Shown one piece after another: positions 1 through 13,584 of a stretch of 64,000 bases of DNA. The first letter of the stretch is position 1; every line of letters starts with the position of its first letter. Under the pieces are notes generated by a model. That model searched no databases. It was not told the origin of the DNA and saw only the letters and a program-made list of their open reading frames with translations. Position numbers and translations under genes: made by a program. The stretch is from Octopus bimaculoides (taxonomy: Eukaryota): positions 3,215,286 through 3,279,285 of the forward strand of contig NC_068988.1 in assembly GCF_001194135.2 (NCBI RefSeq), in the 5' to 3' direction.

Positions 1-2860
1 TATATATATATATATATATGATACTATCTTAGAAAGCAATAGTGAAGACCTCTTATTTCCAGCCCTTTTCTCCTTCCCTTGAAGCCTATCTATGAAAAAT
101 GTTCATTAACATCAGACATATTCTCCTTTCTAGCCACAGAGGCTGTATTTTGTTCCTTTTTTTCTTTTATTTTGCTTATATAGTTTAGAACTAATGTGAT
201 GTGGAATGTTTACACCAAATCTACATCTTCTCAACAATGAAGATCAATGGATGCTAAACTAGAATTCTTCTGTCAGGAATTCACTAATATCTTAATAGAA
301 TCACAGTAAAATATTTTGGTAAATATTGTGGTAAAAGACAATTTGCTTTAATTTTCTGTAGTTTCTATTTGTTGTTTTTACCTGTTTGCCTTCATTTCCT
401 CATCATTATATTCTTTCAAGTAAACAACATATAATACAGGGATAGTTTTCTCTGAGATGTAATGGGTGTCTACCACCTGTTTTATAGAGTTACTTAAAAT
501 ATCTCCAATGTTTGTTAATTCAACAAGAATATTTCCTTTCTCCAAGTAATGGCATCAGTCAGAAATATTTGTCATGTACTATAAGAATAGTTTTATATTT
601 TTTATCTGCAGTGCAAGTAACAAATTTATAGTAGAATAATACAAGTCTTTCACTGTAGTGTCTCTCTCAGATACTGCTATAGAATCTATAAAATTGTTCT
701 ATGACAGACAGTTTGTCAAGTAAAAATATAAGAACTGCTGCACTGCCTACAGCTGTTCTCTCTTAAGATATATGCAGTGTCTCTAATGATGATTATATGT
801 CGAAAAAGTTTTAACAGTAACAAATAGTTTGTATATTGCTCAATGTCAAGGTGAAATGCAGAGAACCATACTAATTATAAGCAGCTTATCAGTTCATAAA
901 TAGATCTGTGGTAGAGTATAACAATGATGATAAGAACCACTCGAAGCAATTAGCAGCAGAGAAACTGCCAAATAATTGTTGAAAATACAAGAATTATATT
1001 TGGTTGAGCAGTCAGAAAAATTTCTTATAATTCACAAGTTGAATTCCTCTTGGAAACAATATTCAACACCTCCTTACAGATGAATTGGTCTAGAAAATCA
1101 ACAATCATTTCTAAATGAATCAATTGACCTCAATGAACAAGTTTCGTTTGCCACACTGCTGTAAGTTGTATGGTAAACTGATAGAGTGCATCAAGCGCTT
1201 TCTGAAGGTCGATTGCTTGTGCAATACACCCAGCTGTTAGTTACACCAATAAATACAAATCTACTGATCTTGACAGCTGGGAGGAGGAGGAGAATTAAAT
1301 GGGAGATACGGGAAAAGATGAAATTTGTTCTTTAAAAGAAAAATAGAAATGAAATGCTCTTTGTGAATAGGAAAGAGAAAATGAAAGAAGCAAATGAGCC
1401 AAAAGTTTCTGCCCACTGCTTTTACTTACAACAGAGTGCCATAGAAACAACTAATACAGAAGCAGCTGCTCTCTCTCTCTCCCTCTCATTCCTTGTCTCT
1501 CTCCCTATCTCTCACTATCTCTCTCTCTTCCTCCCTCTCTTGTCATCTCTCTCCCTTTCCCTCTCCCTCCCTATATCTTGTGTATACATGCAAAAGATTC
1601 TATTGCAATCCAAATGTATCTTGTAGAACATTTTAATATTGCTGTTGCAACCTAAATGGAATGATGAGACACTAAAGACATAAAGAATAAAAAGCGGAAG
1701 ATCAATATTAACATGACCATTCTTGATACATTAAATTCTTAAATAGTTGCTGTTGTTGTTGTTGATGCTCCTGCTGTTATTATTCAGTCTCAGGTGAGAT
1801 CTGAATAAGAAAACTTACAATCAAAGAACTTCCAGCCATGACAAATCCATCTTTATTTAAGCTGGAGTATCTAGAACTACATTATGCAATCTGCTCTTCC
1901 TTTTTCAAGCTGTCAGAGTATGGTTTAAGAGAGATTTAGCTGTTATTTCTTGCAAGTCAAAAGAACATAGAATTTAGAGGAAAACAGACCAAAACCATAA
2001 AAGAAAGCAAACTCTTATGGATGACCAGATTAACATTTTTCTGGTTTCTTTTTTATTTTTAATGCTGTGACACACAAACAAGTTGGACATCTATGTTTGG
2101 TCGCAATAAACTGATGTGTTTTGAGCATAAAGAAGAACATTTTAGACTTTCATTTGATGAATTCTGAGCATTCTGAGGAAAAAAGTATTTGTTTTAACTT
2201 GCCTCAAATTTTCACTCACGTTCAGAAGAAAATATTGATACAAACATTTTTTAAGGTTTAGATTTAGTAAAATGAAATTATTAACTCAAGAAAAAGGAAA
2301 AGAATTTACCCAGAATGCTCAAACTGCCTCTTAATGATGGATGGTGGAAAGGAAGTTCAAGTTTGTTCTGAAAATAGGTGAGGCTGCATTGGCATCAGAA
2401 TATCGACTTTTGTCTGGTGATAATTGTTTGGTCTGTTTGGACATCCTGAAGCTACAATAAAGTAGCAATGGATGAAGGTTCTTGTAATGGTAAAAACACA
2501 AATTGACTTCATATTCATTATGAGTTGGATTATTGAAAAGATTCAAACAAAGTGTGGACAAAAGACTAAATGGATCAGCTGAAAGAAATTATTATATTCT
2601 ACCTGGAGATTTTGACTGTCTTTCATTTATTTTTACTAATGTATATGTAGTATATGTATGTCTGCTTGTATATATGTATACACATATGTATGTATGTATG
2701 TATGTATGCACGTACATACGTGCGTATGTACGTATGTATGTATGTATATATGCATGTATGTATGTATGTATGTTTATTTAAATTCTTTCTCTGAGGAGGG
2801 GGCTGCTGTTTAGCAAAGATACAAAACTCCATCGCTGGAATGTAGATATCAAAAACAATG

Positions 2861-3510
2861 TCACATTTTAAACTTGAGAAATGTCTTGCATATTTTTACT
2901 GTTCCACTTACAGTTTGTATTTGTAATGTGTGAGCTAGTTGATTGGTTTCCTTTTCTGAAAACCCTAGCTTATCCATATTGCCACTTAGGCATTTACTCA
3001 CAAAGCCAAGTAAACGACCCCTTTTGGTCATGAATGACCATCGAATAGCAACTAGAAAGTTCCCTTCCAAGGTACAAGGCTGGACAAGGTTGTTTGTAGA
3101 AGACCAACTGCATACCCGTCTCTCCCCTCTCCACACCACCGATGTTGTCCAAGGGAAAGGCAAAGGCAAAGACCAATATATCTTGGTACCAGTAACATCA
3201 CAATCCATTTCTGCTGCTGAGTAAAATATTTGGTCTAACAACTGAGACGTGAGCTCTCTCCTACAAAACCAAGTGCAACAATTATTATTGGCATAAATGT
3301 AAATTTATTATCCGGATATAGAAGCTGGAGGTTTCATAGCATTTGTCCATAGTTACCCTCTGTCTCTTTGATTTTCAAAGAGATATTCTCATCAGCAGAC
3401 CTCTGTGATGCTGCATACTTTTTCTTCTCTGTTCCAAACAATATTCGGTCTGTTATGTTTACACCTGATAGATGTTTTGATGGTAATGTTCCACCATATG
3501 TAAATATGGA
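2861..3510 (-). mobile_element. 3' fragment of an RLE-type non-LTR retrotransposon (restriction-like endonuclease domain), interrupted by a SINE
   Basis: Minus-strand translation IWWNITIKTSIRCKHNRPNIVWNREEKVCSITEVC / ADENISLKIKETEGNYGQML*NLQLLYPDNKFTFMPIIIVALGFV, then after the insert LGFVSKCLSGNMDKLGFSEKETNQLAHTLQIQTVSGTVKICKTFLKFKM*. This matches the RPD...E...K RLE pattern. Frameshift and stop present; both flanks are (TATG)n. Confidence 0.85.
3012..3262. mobile_element. SINE-like insertion with 12-bp target-site duplication
   Basis: Splits the RLE frame at LGFV. Flanked by ACAAAGCCAAGT (3000-3011) and ACAAAACCAAGT (3263-3274), 11/12 identical. Confidence 0.8.
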
Positions 3511-3829
3511 TGTATGCATGTATGTACGTTTGTATGTATATATGTATGTATGCATTTATGTATGTATGTATGTTTGTATGTATATATGTATGTATGTATT
3601 TATGTATGTATGCATGTTTGTATATATGTAGTTATAATAAGGAAGTCAAATCCAACAGTGATATTGTGAAATCCTTTAATATATCTTAAATGATTTCAAA
3701 GTATCACTGTTTGGTTTGATTTCATTATTGCAACTTATATGACTGGATGCCAGTCCAAACTAGTTGGTCTCGACTCCATATTTGCAGATATTCTTGCAAT
3801 GATTTGGAGTAGTTTGTTATGTCTGATTT

Positions 3830-4068
3830 NNNNNNNNNNNNNNNNNNNNNNNNNNNNNNNNNNNNNNNNNNNNNNNNNNNNNNNNNNNNNNNNNNNNNNN
3901 NNNNNNNNNNNNNNNNNNNNNNNNNNNNNNNNNNNNNNNNNNNNNNNNNNNNNNNNNNNNNNNNNNNNNNNNNNNNNNNNNNNNNNNNNNNNNNNNNNNN
4001 NNNNNNNNNNNNNNNNNNNNNNNNNNNNNNNNNNNNNNNNNNNNNNNNNNNNNNNNNNNNNNNNNNNN
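3830..4068. other. assembly gap (N run)
   Basis: Continuous Ns; source of the X-rich ORFs in the track. Confidence 1.
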
Positions 4069-4121
4069 GTCAAATGACTGAAACAATTAAAAGAATTAAA
4101 GAAAATGTATACACACACACA

Positions 4122-4170
<49 letters not shown>

Positions 4171-4704
4171 TTATTTATGGGTTTCAGCCAAGTGGCTGTG
4201 GTCATGCTGGAGCACCACCATATAAATATATATATATAGATTCAAGATGAATATGGTACTTAAGTTTAGGCACCAGAATTAAGTATGGTATTATCCATAC
4301 AGTTTCAAAATAAGGTGATTAAAGTCAAAATAAGCAACAAGGATATCCAAAGTTAATGCAGTACGATCGTCTCATGTGACTCCATTTAATTAAGCAATGT
4401 GAACATTGCATCAAATGTAGCAATCCTCAGCTGCATAAAGATATAGAAATTTACTGAAATTACATTTCAGCAGAAGGACATATTTTTATGACTACATTTA
4501 AACTCTCCAAGTAGAAAGGAAGAATACAAAAAACCATTCTGACTTAGCCAGACCATACAAGCTAGTAAATAATTCTAAGCAGATTTTTAACTGTCACTGA
4601 TTTTATTTTTTTTTTCTTCTTTCTGATTTATGGATCATCTTATCAGACCTAATGATTCAAAGCTTAAGAGGGCATTGGCATTTCTTTTGTAGGGAAAAGG
4701 AAAA

Positions 4705-4980
4705 GGGATAGTTCAATTCCTGGTACTGTATTTGGATCTTGTGAAAGACACTTTATTTCACATTGCTCCAGTCCACTCAGTCGGCAAAGACAAGTTGTAC
4801 CTGTAATTTATAGGGAGCAGCCTTGTCACATTCTATGTGAAGGTAAATCTCCCTGGAAACTATGTTAAGGGTACATGTGTTGGTAGAGTGCTCAGGTCCT
4901 TCCACACTAATTCCACAAGCAGTTTGTTCTGATGATTGCGTCAGCAGGAACCCTTGTCATCATAACTGAAAGAGTGCCAG
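4705..4980 (+). mobile_element. SINE remnant (B-box-like head plus CORE-like central domain)
   Basis: AGTTCAATTCCTGG B-box-like motif followed by a CTTGTGAAAGACACTTTATTTCACATTGCTCCAGTCCACTCAG CORE-like segment. Confidence 0.55.
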
Positions 4981-5969
4981 TCCTTAGTTTTATTGATTAT
5001 GTCCCAAAATCCAAAATCACATCAACTGTAATCACTTTTCTCTTTTCTCATCTCTTAAAAATATATGGTAAGTTCAAGGTTTAAATCAACAAGGAGGAAT
5101 TCTTCAGATGAAAGCATTCCAGATGTGACTATCCCAACATCTTTTTTTATGAAATCAATCTACCTGTCAGCATCCTGCTTTATTTTATGAAATTAGAGTT
5201 TATTTTTCAAATTTCCCAAACAAGACCATCTCATTTAAAATAAACATTTTTGTGGATTCAGGAATTTTTTTCCACATTAGTAAATCAGAAGTTTTCCTAT
5301 AATGATCAGCTTTCTATTTTCAAATTCTATTTTCAAATTCTATTTCCAAATTCAAATAGAGACAACAAATCAAAATCAATTAGTGAGCAATACAAAACAA
5401 AATTAATAAAATTTAATACAATTATCTCCCCCTTCTCATTTAGCATTTCTAACAGCCATCACTAATTTTTTTTGTTTCTCTGCTCTGTCTACGAGTGCAA
5501 GTTTTATAAAATAATAATTTATCATTTATGACATTCAGTACACACACGTATCTGTCAAATTCATTATCCAAATTTACACAACTGGGCCCTTAGAATTATC
5601 TTCTTTAGCTCCTTTACTTTTTTAATTGTACAAATTACTCTTGGCCAAGTACATACTAACCTCTTTTAGAGAATATTAAATTATTCACATACATTTGGAG
5701 AGGATAAAGACTATGTGGTGTTAATACTAAGGCCAAACGGAGGCCAGTCTGCTCTCATCTCTGAAAATATAATCAGAAAAATCCTTTTTGCCTCATCGTG
5801 TTTATTAACCATGAAATTATTCTTAAATTTTTTTTAATGTATTTCCTTTTCCCAATCAGAGTTGCAAACAATTTTCTGTTTTTGATATTCTTCTCTCTCC
5901 AAAAGGGAAATTTTATTTTCCATATCAAGAGTGCATTCGGCATACACACTGAATTATATATATATATAT

Positions 5970-6597
5970 NNNNNNNNNNNNNNNNNNNNNNNNNNNNNNN
6001 NNNNNNNNNNNNNNNNNNNNNNNNNNNNNNNNNNNNNNNNNNNNNNNNNNNNNNNNNNNNNNNNNNNNNNNNNNNNNNNNNNNNNNNNNNNNNNNNNNNN
6101 NNNNNNNNNNNNNNNNNNNNNNNNNNNNNNNNNNNNNNNNNNNNNNNNNNNNNNNNNNNNNNNNNNNNNNNNNNNNNNNNNNNNNNNNNNNNNNNNNNNN
6201 NNNNNNNNNNNNNNNNNNNNNNNNNNNNNNNNNNNNNNNNNNNNNNNNNNNNNNNNNNNNNNNNNNNNNNNNNNNNNNNNNNNNNNNNNNNNNNNNNNNN
6301 NNNNNNNNNNNNNNNNNNNNNNNNNNNNNNNNNNNNNNNNNNNNNNNNNNNNNNNNNNNNNNNNNNNNNNNNNNNNNNNNNNNNNNNNNNNNNNNNNNNN
6401 NNNNNNNNNNNNNNNNNNNNNNNNNNNNNNNNNNNNNNNNNNNNNNNNNNNNNNNNNNNNNNNNNNNNNNNNNNNNNNNNNNNNNNNNNNNNNNNNNNNN
6501 NNNNNNNNNNNNNNNNNNNNNNNNNNNNNNNNNNNNNNNNNNNNNNNNNNNNNNNNNNNNNNNNNNNNNNNNNNNNNNNNNNNNNNNNNNNNNNNNN
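5970..6597. other. assembly gap (N run) inside (TA)n
   Basis: Continuous Ns flanked by (TA)n. Confidence 1.
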
Positions 6598-6633
6598 TAT
6601 ATATATATATATATATGTATATATATACAGGAT

Positions 6634-6785
6634 CCATAAAAACTACAGAGACTTGGGAAATTGATTCTCTCAAATGCCCTGATGGCTCATTAGAGGTAAG
6701 GGTGATTTCTGCTGCCTAGGGGACCAAATTAGTAGTGGGGGAGGATGCTCAGAGAGTGTAATAGCTAGAATAAGAATTGGGTGCT
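6634..6785 (+). mobile_element. RTE-clade LINE fragment (post-RT region)
   Basis: EIDSLKCPDGSLEVR...FCCLGDQISSGGGCSESVIARIRIG; same family as the region around 29150-29280. Confidence 0.75.
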
Positions 6786-6789
6786 GTGT

Positions 6790-7490
6790 CTAGGAGAAGT
6801 GGATGCAAAAAGGTTAAGGAGAGGTGAGTGAGTGAACAATGATTGAATGAAACTGGAATTGTTGCAGCCAACACTGAGGAGCAGAGACCATTATAAAAGC
6901 CATAAGAAAAGACTGAGAAAGGAGACAGAACTCTTGAAGGTTAGAAAATGGAGTGTGTCTGAGAATAACTTGAAATATTAATTAATTAGGTGGTTGTTTT
7001 GTGGATTTAGTCTATGATGTGCTCATGTGCAGTAACAGTTCGGTCTCAGATCTGAGAATAAGATTCCATTGTGTGTCTCACCTGAGCCTTGTTGGGTGCC
7101 AATATCTGTTAAGGGTTGAGATATCTTCAGGCTCTGAGGAAAAGGGTCAGTCAATAAGATGTGACCTTAGCTATGTTAAGAATGTAATTTCATATTAGGA
7201 GAAATAGTGAGACACTACTATTGAAGTGAATGTAAGAACTCTAGGTAAGTGTTGCTCATAAATGAGAGTGAAAGCAAGGGCTCACCTTGAATGAGTGCTT
7301 CTCATGATTAAAGAAAGTATATCAATATACTTCCCTCAGTTTCTGAAGCACACCTTTCCTGGCAGTGCTAAGCTTTAGAAGGTCTTTATTATAAAGTGTG
7401 AGGTCTTGAGAGGTTTACTATTCGAAAAGAAACAAGGCAAACAGTATGAGGGGTGCAGTTAAGCTTTGATTGGATGCATAATAATAGCAG
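6790..7490 (-). mobile_element. CR1/L2-group LINE ORF2 C-terminal remnant
   Basis: Decayed minus-strand translation NKAQVRHTMESYSQI*D...YGFYNGLCSSVLAATIP resembles the YKAQVRPTMEYCSHIW...YRYYNGLCSSEL C-terminus typical of CR1-like elements. Confidence 0.6.
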
Positions 7491-9470
7491 GGAACATTGC
7501 CATTATTTTACATCAGATGGATTAGGCCAGTTTTACTAAGGCCATGTTTTACAGCTGGAAGTAGTTCCATTGAAGAACAGAATCAATGGTAATTTGAAAT
7601 GTATCCCTGAATCATGTGTTCTTGAACAGTTTTTACACAAAATCAGTTATTCGTTGGACCATTCAGGTAGAGGTTTTAGTAAGCATTCATGGTTTTTGTT
7701 TTTACATATTTAGAACCAATATCCATTATATATTAACCATAAGGAATTATACATTGTACAAGGAAGGAACCATTTTCTTTGGTCTAAAGGAAGAATTAGA
7801 CTAATTAGTATTCAATTACAAATAGCTCTTCTTAATTTCATTTCCTATCCTTAAACCAGTTGTATTAAAGAAAATATTTAAAATTCCTCCCAATTATCAA
7901 TGAATCTTCTAGATAAAAACCATTTTAAAACAAGCTTGACAATTCCTGTATAAATAAATCAGATAGGTGTTGGCAGAATAAAAATCTAAATGTTTGTTTT
8001 TACTACTTGAATAAACAGCAAACCAGCTCCAGAATGTTAATCTAATGAAAGGGTTAAATCTAAAAAGTTTCATCTTAAATCTTAGAATTTTTTTTTTTAA
8101 CAATATCATAATATTCATGTCAGTCTACAACATGAAACAGTATGTTTGTTATTTTGTAGTTTTTAATTTTATTTTTATTTTCAGGTATTGTTTTCTTTTT
8201 CATTTTTAAATTCTAATCTTCAGTGAACATGAAAAAAGCCAAAGTAAAAGAAAAGAAAGTGCTATCAGATGGTTAACAAATATTTCCTATTCTTCCAAGC
8301 CATTTCTATTCTCAATAAATAGTATTCTATGAATATCAATTTTTCTTCAGAGATAAAAGATAGTTTTGTAACTTTTTAATCTAAAATTCTGACTTTATTT
8401 TCAGTTTTGTTGCATTGAATTAATGTGTTGCTCTTGTATTTTTATCTTCATGTTGTTTCATGGCATTTCAAATGAGAGGGTTCTGATTGTCTTCTGGTAG
8501 GAAATAACCAATATTTTCAAATTGTTTAATACTCTCCACCATTATTGTAGAGGATGTTATTCAGTTAAGACAATGGAGGCGAGGAAAAATGGAAGATGCC
8601 ATATTCTTCTCTGCTGCAGAAGAGGATGTAGTGACTCTATCACAATAGAAGATAGATGTTAACAGTTCAGACTCTGTTAATATAACTGTAAAAGATGTAG
8701 TAATATGGCAGGAAACAGATGATGGCACATTTGCAGTGACAGATTTTTATAATTTTTATATAGTTACAATCTAAAACATATGACTGTCACAATGGTAAGG
8801 GATTCCCAGACTCATTATTCCATTTATGCCAATGTAGTTTTTTCTCATTGAAACTGGATGCTCCAATATTCTATAAATTCTCTGACAGAATTTTGAGTCA
8901 ACTTCAAATAATTGATGATAGAGTTGACAGTAGAGTTGTGTAATTAGTGCTCTTATTTTGATTAACGCTTTCGCTACCATAATTCAGTGGTAATACATTG
9001 CCCATTTTGCAATTAATTTTGAAAATAATGAAGGATTTAGTAAAATAAATCTGTCATTATTAAGCTATTGCTCAAATCATTAATCAGCATGAAATGTTGA
9101 TGAGTTTAATGTACATCACTTTTAAACAAAGAATGTGTAGCATGGAAGCAGGGTCTCTTCTCAAACAAGTCGGTAGGAAAAGAATTAAAACTTCTTATCT
9201 CACTACCATAATATTCTACAATCATTAGCACCCTGTATTGCATGCAACAATGAAGTATTCTACTCTCTGATCTCTATTTACTGTTTTTATAGATTTGGCT
9301 GTTGGAAGATATTTTTTTTTTTTTGCAGATGGACACATCATACTACTTGGCTCTGGACACTGTACTGACCTCCCATGTGATTATTAAAAATCTTATTCAT
9401 CTGAGATTTTTGAGATTTTCTGAAACTTGTATGTGGAAGAAATTATGTCTCATTCAGAATTTATAATGGT

Positions 9471-9518
9471 TCTCTCTCTCTCTCTCTTTTGCTTTCTCTC
9501 TCTCTCTCTCTCTCCTTT

Positions 9519-9596
<78 letters not shown>

Positions 9597-9620
9597 TCTC
9601 TCTATCTCTCTCTCTCTCCC
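9471..9620. repeat. (CT)n microsatellite
   Basis: Long (CT)n run; yields the spurious SLSL and ERER ORFs. Confidence 0.95.
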
Positions 9621-10073
9621 TCACACACATGCACACACACTTGTACGTCAAGGTAGTTGTGTTGATATACTTGTCACTTCTTCAAACTGAAACATCTGTG
9701 GACAACACCACAGAACTTCCTTCTCTTTGTTCCAATTCTACAAACACATTTTCCAAACTAATACCCAATCACTCGTTGTTTTTTACTGTAACACAAATCT
9801 TTCTTCTGTTAGTGCTGATTCAACATGTATCCAAAATACATTCTCTTTTCAATTCTTTCCTACAAATCGAATGGAATACAATTTATTTCACACACATACA
9901 CACACCCTACACACCACACACTCCATCTCACCTCTCCTACTTGAACATCAGCAAGAAAAAGTGCTTCTGGTTACTCAGGCTGAAGATCTCATTTCCTGAC
10001 ATCTCCAAGATTTATAAGTTCACTCTATCATCTCTGCTAATTAAACATGCCATTAACAATTTTTTGCACTCAC

Positions 10074-10138
10074 CCCAAGTGGCAAAGCCGACATATGTCT
10101 CAACTCTTTTAAGATATTGTTCTCAACAACAAGAACAA
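10074..10138 (-). CDS. putative exon of an unidentified host gene (VLVVENNILKELRHMSALPLG)
   Basis: Acceptor ttctttattttgtag and donor GGG|gtgagt; only one frame is open. No homology recognised. Confidence 0.25.
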
Positions 10139-10576
10139 CTACAAAATAAAGAACAAATCAACAACTTCTATTCTCCAAGAGCTACAGCAAAAGTGCAATT
10201 CCATCTTAGATCCCAATAGCTGAGGGCAACTAACTAACAATGAACACTACTTGAAGATTTACGCAAAATTAAAAATTTTGTATACACGTACAAATACGCA
10301 TGCCACTTAAATATTACACTCCCTATATATATACACACACACACGTTTCTATGTATAAAAGTATGTGTACTTCAGTGTATACTTGTATGTATAGATGCAG
10401 CCATGAAGTAATGGAAGTGCAAGCATGAATGTATGGCTTAGAATTTGCTTTCCAACTACATGGTTTCTGCTTCAATTGCACTGCACAGCAAATTGGACCA
10501 GAGTCTTCTCTTATAGCCCTGAGCTGAGTAAAACCTCATAAAGAACTTTGGAAGAGAGAAACTAAAAAAAAACCTG

Positions 10577-10609
<33 letters not shown>

Positions 10610-10644
10610 TGTGTTCACTACAGTTTTCACTTCCTCGTCACTGG

Positions 10645-10909
10645 AATAATTTAGCGCCTTCAGACTATCATCTCTTCGGCCCCATGAAAGAGGGTTTGAG
10701 AGGCAAACATTATTCCAGTGACGAGGAAGTGAAAACTGTAGTGAAGAAGTGGCTCAAAAAACAGTCAACAGAATTTTACGGGGCAGGGATACATGTTCTC
10801 ATTCGAAGGTGGAACATTGCTATTGAGAGAAACGGTGACTATGTTGAGAAATAGGGACGTGATCCACAGAGGCCCAGCTTCATTTTGGTGAATGATACAT
10901 GTTCCTGTG
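10645..10909 (+). mobile_element. mariner transposase 3' fragment (DD34D-type)
   Basis: LAPSDYHLFGPMKEGLRGKHYSSDEEVKTVVKKWLKKQSTEFYGAGIHVLIRRWNIAIERNGDYVEK* contains the (YSPD)LAPSDY mariner motif; truncated by a 10-N gap. Confidence 0.92.
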
Positions 10910-10962
10910 NNNNNNNNNNTATACCTGTCCGAACCAAAATGGCATTACTTTTGACTCATCAT

Positions 10963-11019
<57 letters not shown>

Positions 11020-11029
11020 TGTCGTCGGC

Positions 11030-12150
11030 TAGTCCTTTGATTTCTCTTTCTGGACCGTTAATGCCAGTGGTGAATGTGGCTAGGGAGGCCAATCTTCATG
11101 TAGGACGTGATTGCATTGACCACATGTGAATGTTGGAATCGGTTGAGATTGCTGCTGTCTGGCCTTCCATTGCCATTGTCTCTCCTCCTCCTCTTCTTTC
11201 CATTTTTTCTCCTTCAAACAATATTATGTTATTGTTTATGTTTTGTTGGTAGTCAGGACAGTTGGTTACTGTCATCTCAAAAATCCAGGGGGTCAAAGCA
11301 AGTCTGCTTCAGTGTTGACTTTAGCTGATCTTTGTAGCATCAAAGAAGGGCTCCTGTTTATCTTTCATTAGTTGCCGATTCACTGAAGAGAGTTTGACAA
11401 GGAAGTCATTCATCATTCATCCAGCCAACACAGCTAGCCTAGAGAATTTGATCTTTGATGATTATGGATCCAATGCCGTGGTTATTCACTTTTTCCATCA
11501 CAGAATTAATGGAGACAGTCAGACCATTTGCTGTTCAAGAGATCAAACTTTCACTTGATGAAAGCATTCAAGTTTTTTGATGTCACAACAATACAAAGTC
11601 TCAACTTCACAACCAAATAGGAGTCTGGCTATAACAGCAGCTTGGTAGAGAATAATCTTCATCTTCAAAATTAGGTCTTTGTGTTTTGGGATACATGATT
11701 TGTGAGGTTACTGAAAGTTGAGGAAGCTGGTTTGATTCTTCATTCCACATTTTGCTTTTGGTGGAGATCACACTTCGAAAGTATGCAAAGCGAGTAACTT
11801 GTTCTTGTGGTGTGCCTGAACTGATGATGTTAAAGTCCAGAAGGACAATTTGAGGTGAGGACTTAAGTTGTGCGAGGACTTAAGATTCTTTAGTATTTAC
11901 AGTGAGCCCAAAATGTTGATAAACTTTGATAAACATTGATGAAATTCTTGACATCCTGTTGCAGTTCTAAGCCTGAATGACTGAGTGCCATGCTGTCATC
12001 AGTGTACTGCAATTCTGAAACTCACTCAGCCCTGGTGAGTTTCTTTGACTGAAAGTTCGCCAGGTTGAAGAGTCCTCCATCAAAAGGACATCTGATATTC
12101 ACTCCTGGCTGATCTGAGGGAAGTTCATACATCATTGCAACAGAGAAAAC
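11030..12150 (-). mobile_element. RTE/BovB-like LINE, RT and C-terminal remnant
   Basis: Minus-strand GVNIRCPFDGGLFNLANF...SELQYTDD (YADD motif variant) and MKIILYQAAVIARLLFGCEVETLY...IKKLECFHQ; many stops. Confidence 0.8.
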
Positions 12151-13472
12151 CATAGAAACAAGTATACACAAAATCATAGAAAGGACGAGAACCAATGGAA
12201 AGAGTTGGATTAAGGCGGCTCAGGACTTGCCAGAAGGTGACCCCCACACTGTAATTTCAAGATCTTCTGCAGCACAGGAAGCATGAGTCAGGCAGGATCT
12301 GCAGATGAAACTGCAATGGACTGCCACAGGTTCTAAATTATGGTTGAATCGTTCCTTCCATAGCCAGTGTGTCTGGCATTTCCCTCATGAGCCATTTTAT
12401 ATTAATGTTTGTTTTCATCTTATTAAAAACAATTTTACATTAAATTGAAGGATTATTCAATACATTTGGTAGAATACAAATTTATCATTCTTTAACAAGA
12501 ATAGTATTGACATTGACTTCGAAGTTTTGGTTAGCTAAAGCATCATCTATGTATACACACACACACAATATATATAATATATATATAGAACATCTCCATA
12601 TGCATGAGAGTTATAAATAAACATATGGAAATACAGCTTTAGAAATAAACCCACATTGATAAAAAGACAGACATAGAGAAAGAGACACAAATAAAAAAAA
12701 AAAGATTGATGTGGAGACAGAGTTAAGTTAGAAGTCATCAAATTATGAGTAATTAGATAGACGAGATATAATTAAATGAATAAATAGAACAATTGGACAA
12801 AGTTGCTGAAGTTTTGTTACTGATTAGCCATGGTTAATTATTTTATAGAAAAACATAATTAGTACAGATATTTTTCACACCCTGACAAGTAAACACATCT
12901 TCCTGGAAATTGAAATATTCCAGAATAAAACCTCAGTGTGGTTCCTGCATAGCAACATTCTTCGATATATTTACGTGATATTTTATATTGTTCTTTTCTG
13001 AACATTATTATTGGTTATCGGTTTCCTATGGCACAAGTTATTACTTGATATTTCTTGAGGAACTTCATTCTTGTAGGACTCGTTGTTCGGTTTTTCTTTT
13101 TGGTGTCTATATTCTTCACTGATTACACAGATAAAAAATACATATATATATATAAACACAATGAACGTCCACACATTTTCTGACCACTAGATTCCACCCC
13201 AACAAAACATTGGTCAACCAGGATTTATGATAGAAGACCTTACTTAAATTATCAATCAGTGAGACTGAACCTAGAACGATGTAGTTGTGAGGTAAATATC
13301 CTGACTGCACAGCTGTGCTTGTTCCTTACTTAGATCCTGGAACTTACTTCACTTGCCATGTCATTAAAGATGAATTCATTCATGGAACTCCATCTCCCAA
13401 ATGATTTGTGCATATTTTTTATTTTATTTTATTTTATTTTATATCACAATTTCTTAACAACATCATCATGGG

Positions 13473-13584
13473 TTACAGGTTTTCAATGATTCACACATTG
13501 GGTCCATGCTTGTGACAAAAGAGGCAACAGCTTTTATAGTTTCTGTTCCACAAAATATTGGTGAACCTGAAACTATGGCAGAAG
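13473..13584 (-). CDS. possible exon (TSAIVSGSPIFCGTETIKAVASFVTSMDPMCESLKT); the antisense frame is also open
   Basis: ttgcttag acceptor, T|gtaacc donor, open frame. A plus-strand reading (VFNDSHIG...SKQSYHI) is equally open, so the strand is unresolved. Confidence 0.2.

Noticed and set aside
2861-3241. 126-aa ORF as a host gene
   Set aside because: Chimera of SINE sequence and the RLE LINE C-terminus.
3735-6719. Long X-rich ORFs (also 35918-36472 and 40984-41510)
   Set aside because: Read-through of N gaps.
8540-8990. Protein-like open stretches on both strands
   Set aside because: Interrupted by a stop, no motif recognised, no coherent splice sites; possibly an old transposon but unassignable.
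9629-10219. 196-aa plus-strand ORF, the longest without Ns
   Set aside because: Begins in an (AC)n repeat, has low-complexity S/T/L composition, no recognisable domain and no support from splice structure.
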